Assembly (NCBI GenBank): GCA_037447435.1
Contig: JBBIGR010000006.1
Coordinates: forward strand, 32,001 to 96,000
Source of the DNA: Fibrobacteria bacterium
GTDB lineage: Bacteria; Fibrobacterota; Chitinivibrionia; Chitinivibrionales; FEN-1185
Reading direction: 5' to 3'
DNA: 64,000 bases
Shown here: piece by piece, positions 59,183 through 64,000 of the stretch
How the letters are laid out: each line of letters begins with the position of its first letter
Numbering within the stretch: position 1 is the stretch's first letter
Notes under the pieces: generated by a model
What the model saw: only the letters and a program-made list of their open reading frames with translations
Database searches by the model: none
Told to the model about the DNA's origin: nothing
Position numbers and translations under genes: made by a program

Positions 59183-60193
59183 ATGAAAAACATACACCGA
59201 TGGATTTGGTCAATGTGTTTAATCGCAATAGGTTTCGGTTTACCCGCATTCGGTTTAGACCCGAAACTGCCTCCGGGAAAAAATTTCGATTGGTTGAGCG
59301 CATTCAAGCTTCAGACAATGACTGCAAGCCTTGCATTTGTCGAGGTCAAGGCCGAAACGCTGGTCAACGGATTTACCAGCAAATACTTTTATACCGACTC
59401 AACCGACGGTTCGATGGTGTTCTTCACCCCCAGCAACGGCGGAACCTCGGGCGGCTCACAGTACCCGCGCACCGAACTGAGACAAACCGGATTCGGGGCA
59501 AACTGGAAATTGACCGATACCACAACGTACGTAATGACCGCGTCATGTAAAGTAACTAAAGCACCGAGCGCGAACCCGACGGTGACCATAGGACAAGTTC
59601 ACGGATCGGCGGACAATTCGGAATTGGTCGAACTGGAATGGAACGGTAATTCTGCAGGAAATTGCAAAGTCTCCGCGATGTTCCAGACAAACAATTCTGC
59701 TGGAAGCAATTATTTTGTCCAGCTTGCCGGCGGCCTATCGCTCGGCAGCCTGGTCACCTATGAATTTCAGATGAAAAAAGGCGTTCTTACGGTTACGGTC
59801 AACGGGAAAAGCGGTACGCAAACCTATACGACTCAATACTACGGCACAACCGACGGGTATTATTTCAAGGCGGGAAATTATTTACAATACAGCAGTTCGA
59901 GCGCCTCGGCAGTAAGCGAAGTAAAGTTTTATTCTTTGGAATTATCAAGCACGGCTCCGAAGCCGCCGACATCGATTCAAACCAAAATACACACAAATCA
60001 ATTTGCTTCGAACGAAGCAGCTTCCTGCGTTTCAATTAATTCCGTACAAAATAATACCTTTGATTTGAACGCCACTGCAAAACTGTTTGACGTTTGCGGC
60101 AGGCACATTGCGTATATAAATCAAGGTTCATCTCGAAAGTTGCCGGCAGGGTTTTATTTTTCAAAAACAATGAACCCGTTGGAAAAAAAATAA
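59183..60193 (+). CDS. Polysaccharide lyase family 7 (alginate lyase-like) with short C-terminal domain
   Basis: PPGKNFD, YPRTELRQ, IGQVH, YYFKAGNYLQ; LFDVCGR...PAGFYF. Confidence 0.9.
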   Translation: MKNIHRWIWSMCLIAIGFGLPAFGLDPKLPPGKNFDWLSAFKLQTMTASLAFVEVKAETLVNGFTSKYFYTDSTDGSMVFFTPSNGGTSGGSQYPRTELRQTGFGANWKLTDTTTYVMTASCKVTKAPSANPTVTIGQVHGSADNSELVELEWNGNSAGNCKVSAMFQTNNSAGSNYFVQLAGGLSLGSLVTYEFQMKKGVLTVTVNGKSGTQTYTTQYYGTTDGYYFKAGNYLQYSSSSASAVSEVKFYSLELSSTAPKPPTSIQTKIHTNQFASNEAASCVSINSVQNNTFDLNATAKLFDVCGRHIAYINQGSSRKLPAGFYFSKTMNPLEKK

Positions 60194-60654
60194 TGCATCG
60201 TGAATTGCTCTGACGAAGATCAATCTGCATAGGTTTTCATCCTGACGTGAAATTGGCCATACGCTTTTACGAACCAGGAAAATACAAATGCCAGCCCCCT
60301 CCTAAAAGAAATCCTCCTTTCTTAGAAAAGCATTTTTTACCCCGTCATATTTATCTTTTTTGTTATCAAGCATACCTTCGCATTGCGGCATATAATTGAA
60401 GGGTCTTTTTGTTATATTTTATTATTTTTTTTAAAACTTATTTAATATTTATTACTTTTAATTTCAATGAGTTACAACTTAATTACTTTTTTTAAAATTA
60501 TTTATTTTACATTTTTTTTAAAATTTTCCTGATTTTTTAATAATTCGGCTTTATATTTAAAAAACAGGTCATATAATGACCTTGCAATTGAATAAAATTG
60601 ATACCAAATTTATTGAAACCAATTTAAACGCTTTAACAATTTAAAGGAGGATAT

Positions 60655-62631
60655 ATGAAAAAGATCACAACTCTTTTCATACATTCTTTATTGGCAACAC
60701 TCATCCTTGGATTCGGAATATCCTTTGGCGCAGACAATATCGTTACAGTGACGCCCGACAAGGATTCTGTGGATTGCTACAAACCGGTATTCGTGACTAT
60801 TTTAACAACTAAGAATTTTTCTAACGGATTCAATCCGGATGAAATAAAACTGGATTGCGAAATAACCGGGCCCGCGCAAGAAGCGATATCGCTACCCTGT
60901 TTTTATAAGGCAACGGTAAACGGTCAAGCGCAATGGCAGGCTCGTTTTGCCCCGAGAAACACAGGAAGTTTCACCTATAAAATCGCCTTGACCCAAGGCA
61001 GCACAACAATCCGTTCGAATCAGTTCAATCTCTTTTCGCGCGCCGCAAAAACCAACGGCTACATCCATATCGACAGTACGACAAAATCCATGTACACGTT
61101 CCGTTTTGACAATGGAAAAGTTTGGCGGGGCATCGGCGAAAACATCGCATGGGAAGCAGGCGGAAGTTACTCGACGCAATTTCCTCGTCTTGCCGCGACC
61201 GGATGCAACATGGTGAGAATGTGGCATTGCAATTGGCATATGCCCTTCGAATGGAACAGCGCCCCGAATATCTATAACACGGGTACTGCAGATTATATGG
61301 ACCAGGTCGTTTCGCTTGCGGAAAACAACGGCATATACCTGATGGTAATGATGAACGATTACCGTGATTTTTCCGAGCAATGGGGCAGCAATCCGTACAA
61401 TACTTCCAAAGGCGGTTGGTGCAACTCCGACGCGGAATTCTTTTCAAATGCAAATGCAATAGCCTGTTATAAAAAACGAATCCGCTATTATGTCGCACGC
61501 TGGGGATACAGCCAGGCCATTCAATCTTGGGAATTTTTCAATGAAATCGACAACGCATTCGGAACCAGCGTCAATGCGGCACTGGGAAGCTGGTGCGACA
61601 CGATGTCTCGATGCTTCCATACGCTCGACATTTACAATCACCTGGTAACAGCCAGCGTATCCTGGCAATCTACCCCGCAGATGTGGAACGCCCCGAACAT
61701 GGATTTTACCCAGGCGCATCTTTACGGACCAGAAACAAGCAATCCGGTCTGGCATTTGCCGTCCCAGGCGCAGCAATATATAACTTCGTATAAAAAACCC
61801 TATGTGTGCGGAGAATTTTCCCGCAGGTGGGAATCGGCAAACAGCGAACCGTCGATCAATTACCGCAATGAATTGCACTATGGGATGTATCTTGGCATGG
61901 TAAATTCGACCCCGATCGCGCCGCTGACCTGGTGGTGGGATTCTCATTGGTCATGGGGCGATGATTTTGTTTTCAAAAGTGCCGCGGGCTACAGCAACGA
62001 TATCATCGCTAAAACGGCAACCACCACGATCGGCAAACTGGCCGTGACGTCCACGGGCAACACGGAATGCGGCGGCATACGAACGGGCAATTCAACCAAT
62101 TTTGCATATGTTTGGGTCTCCAATTATCGCGGGAGCGCCTCAGCAAGCAATGTGACGGCGACAATCACCGGACTGCCGACAAACGGGGATGGAAAGTTCA
62201 CGGTCGAATGGTATGACACCTGGAATGGCGGGTTTGGCGCTGCGACAACGGTAAATGCAGCAAACGGTACATTGACATTGAATATCGGCACTCTTGCAAA
62301 CGGAAACGGCACAAGTACCGACAAAGCATGCCGCATCACAAACCTGAATATTCCGGACAACGTTCTCGCGCATTCAGATAATATACTCGGAGAAAAACAA
62401 TTCGGGTTCCGCAAAACAGGAAACTTGTTGGCTATTTTTGGTAACTTTGCCCGTGCAAACCAAATTTCGGTGTCGTTATTCGATATGAAGGGCAGAGCAA
62501 TACTTGAAAAACATAGTATGAGTATTGTTAATAATTCCATGGAAATTAGTACCAAAACTTTGCCGTCGCAGTTTTACATCTTGAAGATCAAGGCTGATCT
62601 GAGAGTGGAATCGTTTAAAATAGCTTTATAA
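60655..62631 (+). CDS. Secreted DUF5060 plus clan GH-A (GH5-like) glycoside hydrolase with C-terminal sorting-like domain
   Basis: AAGGAGG RBS; FNPDEI.LD..ITGP...WQARFAP; YYVARWGYS...WEFFNEID (acid/base), VCGEF (nucleophile); LFDMKGR...FYILKI. Confidence 0.8.
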   Translation: MKKITTLFIHSLLATLILGFGISFGADNIVTVTPDKDSVDCYKPVFVTILTTKNFSNGFNPDEIKLDCEITGPAQEAISLPCFYKATVNGQAQWQARFAPRNTGSFTYKIALTQGSTTIRSNQFNLFSRAAKTNGYIHIDSTTKSMYTFRFDNGKVWRGIGENIAWEAGGSYSTQFPRLAATGCNMVRMWHCNWHMPFEWNSAPNIYNTGTADYMDQVVSLAENNGIYLMVMMNDYRDFSEQWGSNPYNTSKGGWCNSDAEFFSNANAIACYKKRIRYYVARWGYSQAIQSWEFFNEIDNAFGTSVNAALGSWCDTMSRCFHTLDIYNHLVTASVSWQSTPQMWNAPNMDFTQAHLYGPETSNPVWHLPSQAQQYITSYKKPYVCGEFSRRWESANSEPSINYRNELHYGMYLGMVNSTPIAPLTWWWDSHWSWGDDFVFKSAAGYSNDIIAKTATTTIGKLAVTSTGNTECGGIRTGNSTNFAYVWVSNYRGSASASNVTATITGLPTNGDGKFTVEWYDTWNGGFGAATTVNAANGTLTLNIGTLANGNGTSTDKACRITNLNIPDNVLAHSDNILGEKQFGFRKTGNLLAIFGNFARANQISVSLFDMKGRAILEKHSMSIVNNSMEISTKTLPSQFYILKIKADLRVESFKIAL

Positions 62632-62664
62632 GTACCATAAAAAAAAGCCACGAAAACATGGCCG

Positions 62665-62707
62665 CCTCAACCCTATCCCCTTTCCGTAAACGGAGAGGGG
62701 AATGAGG
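62665..62707. repeat. REP-like or terminator hairpin between convergent genes
   Basis: CCTCA..CCCCTTTCCGT-AA-ACGGAGAGGGG..TGAGG. Confidence 0.55.
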
Positions 62708-62713
62708 ATCGCC

Positions 62714-64000
62714 TTACAGTTTAGGATCGACGATTGATTGTTTGGACAAACGATACACATAGCTGCCGGATGCGACGGTTTCCAGCGCTTTAAGGCCGGA
62801 AGGGTTAACAATTCCGTTGACAATAGTCATTTCGCAAATTGTTTTCCCTTGCAATGTAAACAGTCGTACTTTGAAATTTCCCGAGGCGGGTATTGCCGAT
62901 TGCCAAGGGGAACGGCCATAGATCCCGTGTTGGAAATAAAACACGTCTGTTTTCTGATCTGCCGTTTCCATCCGTCCATGCACCGTTTTTGAGACCGACG
63001 TCGGAAAATATCCCAAATCGGCATGCGTCAAGGTAGACCATTCGACAAAATGGTCTTCGCTGGTGCCGACAGGGCGGTTTTTGGTCGTCACGAACTTGTC
63101 GGTTACCGGAATGGGAACCTTTGCCCGGTACATATAATGGTTCCGCCCTATTTCCCATCCGGGCCCGTGGAGATCGTCGCCGCTGCAGCTGACCGCACCG
63201 CAGGATTGCCCGACATTGAGCGGCGTTCCTAAAAATTGATTCGCCATGAATTCCATGCCCATTGCCAATCGCGGAGTCGTTTGCGCATCCAGTTTGATTC
63301 CGTACAAATCAACGCCCTGATGCCAGGCGATTTCGGCAGCCTGCATCATCCCGATCAGGTTATATTCTTCATGATTGCAATCACGGCACGTTTCCATGAC
63401 CAGTCCTGTTTTTTCTACCTGATAGGGCAGTAAAAATTCATAAAACGCCCTTCCCGCATTGAACTTGGCCGTGTCATTTTCGAAAACACCTATGGCAAGC
63501 ATTGACTCTGCGGCAGACGAGCCCCAGTTATTGGTACGTTTGTCCGCGTAAATTAACTTAGTATAATTATACAAAGTATCCATCATTCCGCAAAACATCG
63601 CGATGTCGGCGCTTGCCCACCCTGCGGCACCTTTATTGTAATACCGAATGATTTCCGCTCCTGCAATCCACGTCGGAATGACCCAGGCAGCTTCGAGTTG
63701 TCTTTGCGCATCGGAAGGAGTCATACCCCTAAACACTTTGCTCCACGCATTATAAATCTGTATGGATTTGTCTTTGTTGGCACTGTTTCCGGTAATGACC
63801 CATTGCAGGGCATGAGCATAACCTGCCTGAGCGGCATCACGGAAATTCGCCTCATCCGCCCCCACTCCCGATGCGACAACCGCTACTTGAGTCAAAGGAT
63901 TGGGGTTATAGGAAAGGTTTGCATCGTAAAATGATTTCATCGTCGTATAGCCGGTTTTCATCGGCGACGCGGCGCTTGCATTGACCGTTGCTTTAATGAA
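62714..64000 (-). CDS. Alginate-lyase-family (alpha/alpha toroid) protein with C-terminal sorting-like domain, 5'-partial
   Basis: Frame open to the window end; DAAQAGYAHAL.W..TG, I.NAWS, AEIIRY, NNWG, ETCRDCNH, EIAWHQGVDLY; LFTLQGK...SGSYVY. Confidence 0.78.
   Translation of the reverse strand, partial: FIKATVNASAASPMKTGYTTMKSFYDANLSYNPNPLTQVAVVASGVGADEANFRDAAQAGYAHALQWVITGNSANKDKSIQIYNAWSKVFRGMTPSDAQRQLEAAWVIPTWIAGAEIIRYYNKGAAGWASADIAMFCGMMDTLYNYTKLIYADKRTNNWGSSAAESMLAIGVFENDTAKFNAGRAFYEFLLPYQVEKTGLVMETCRDCNHEEYNLIGMMQAAEIAWHQGVDLYGIKLDAQTTPRLAMGMEFMANQFLGTPLNVGQSCGAVSCSGDDLHGPGWEIGRNHYMYRAKVPIPVTDKFVTTKNRPVGTSEDHFVEWSTLTHADLGYFPTSVSKTVHGRMETADQKTDVFYFQHGIYGRSPWQSAIPASGNFKVRLFTLQGKTICEMTIVNGIVNPSGLKALETVASGSYVYRLSKQSIVDPKL

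Noticed and set aside
1..64000. CRISPR array, rRNA, tRNA, integron or DGR-type nucleotide repeats
   Set aside because: No regularly spaced direct repeats, cas or reverse-transcriptase genes, or tRNA/rRNA signatures seen by eye; a covariance-model scan would be needed to exclude small RNAs

Overview
Gene-dense 64-kb chromosomal window with AT-rich intergenic spacers. The gene content suggests a motile, probably anaerobic polysaccharide degrader, most consistent with Fibrobacterota (Chitinivibrionia-like); this taxonomy is inference only. Main blocks: (1) many signal-peptide proteins and CAZymes (two GH16, PL7, a second alginate-lyase family, CE4, a GH5-like/DUF5060 protein, CBM9-like, DUF4861, an esterase), many ending in a Por/T9SS- or FlgD-like C-terminal domain, plus a PorV-like barrel gene; (2) an aryl-acid cluster of three paaK paralogs, an ACT protein, a livKHMGF-type ABC transporter, iorAB and an amidohydrolase, headed by a cNMP-binding/AckA/PduL triple fusion and split by a 9-repeat Ser/Thr-rich surface lipoprotein; (3) a coupled operon of ADP-ribosylglycohydrolase, a PfkB protein lacking its catalytic Asp, a CgeB-type glycosyltransferase and a CBM9-like protein; (4) a flagellar-regulatory run (hldD, fapA, TPR, FlgN-like, FleS/FleR-like pair, HAMP-GGDEF, TPR-TonB/AgmX-C) interrupted by a RAYT transposase that carries a perfect 28-bp GTAG REP palindrome inside its ORF; (5) housekeeping genes proS, glgB, an M23 peptidase and pspC. 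I saw no rRNA, tRNA or CRISPR array. All family assignments come from motif recognition by eye, not database searches.
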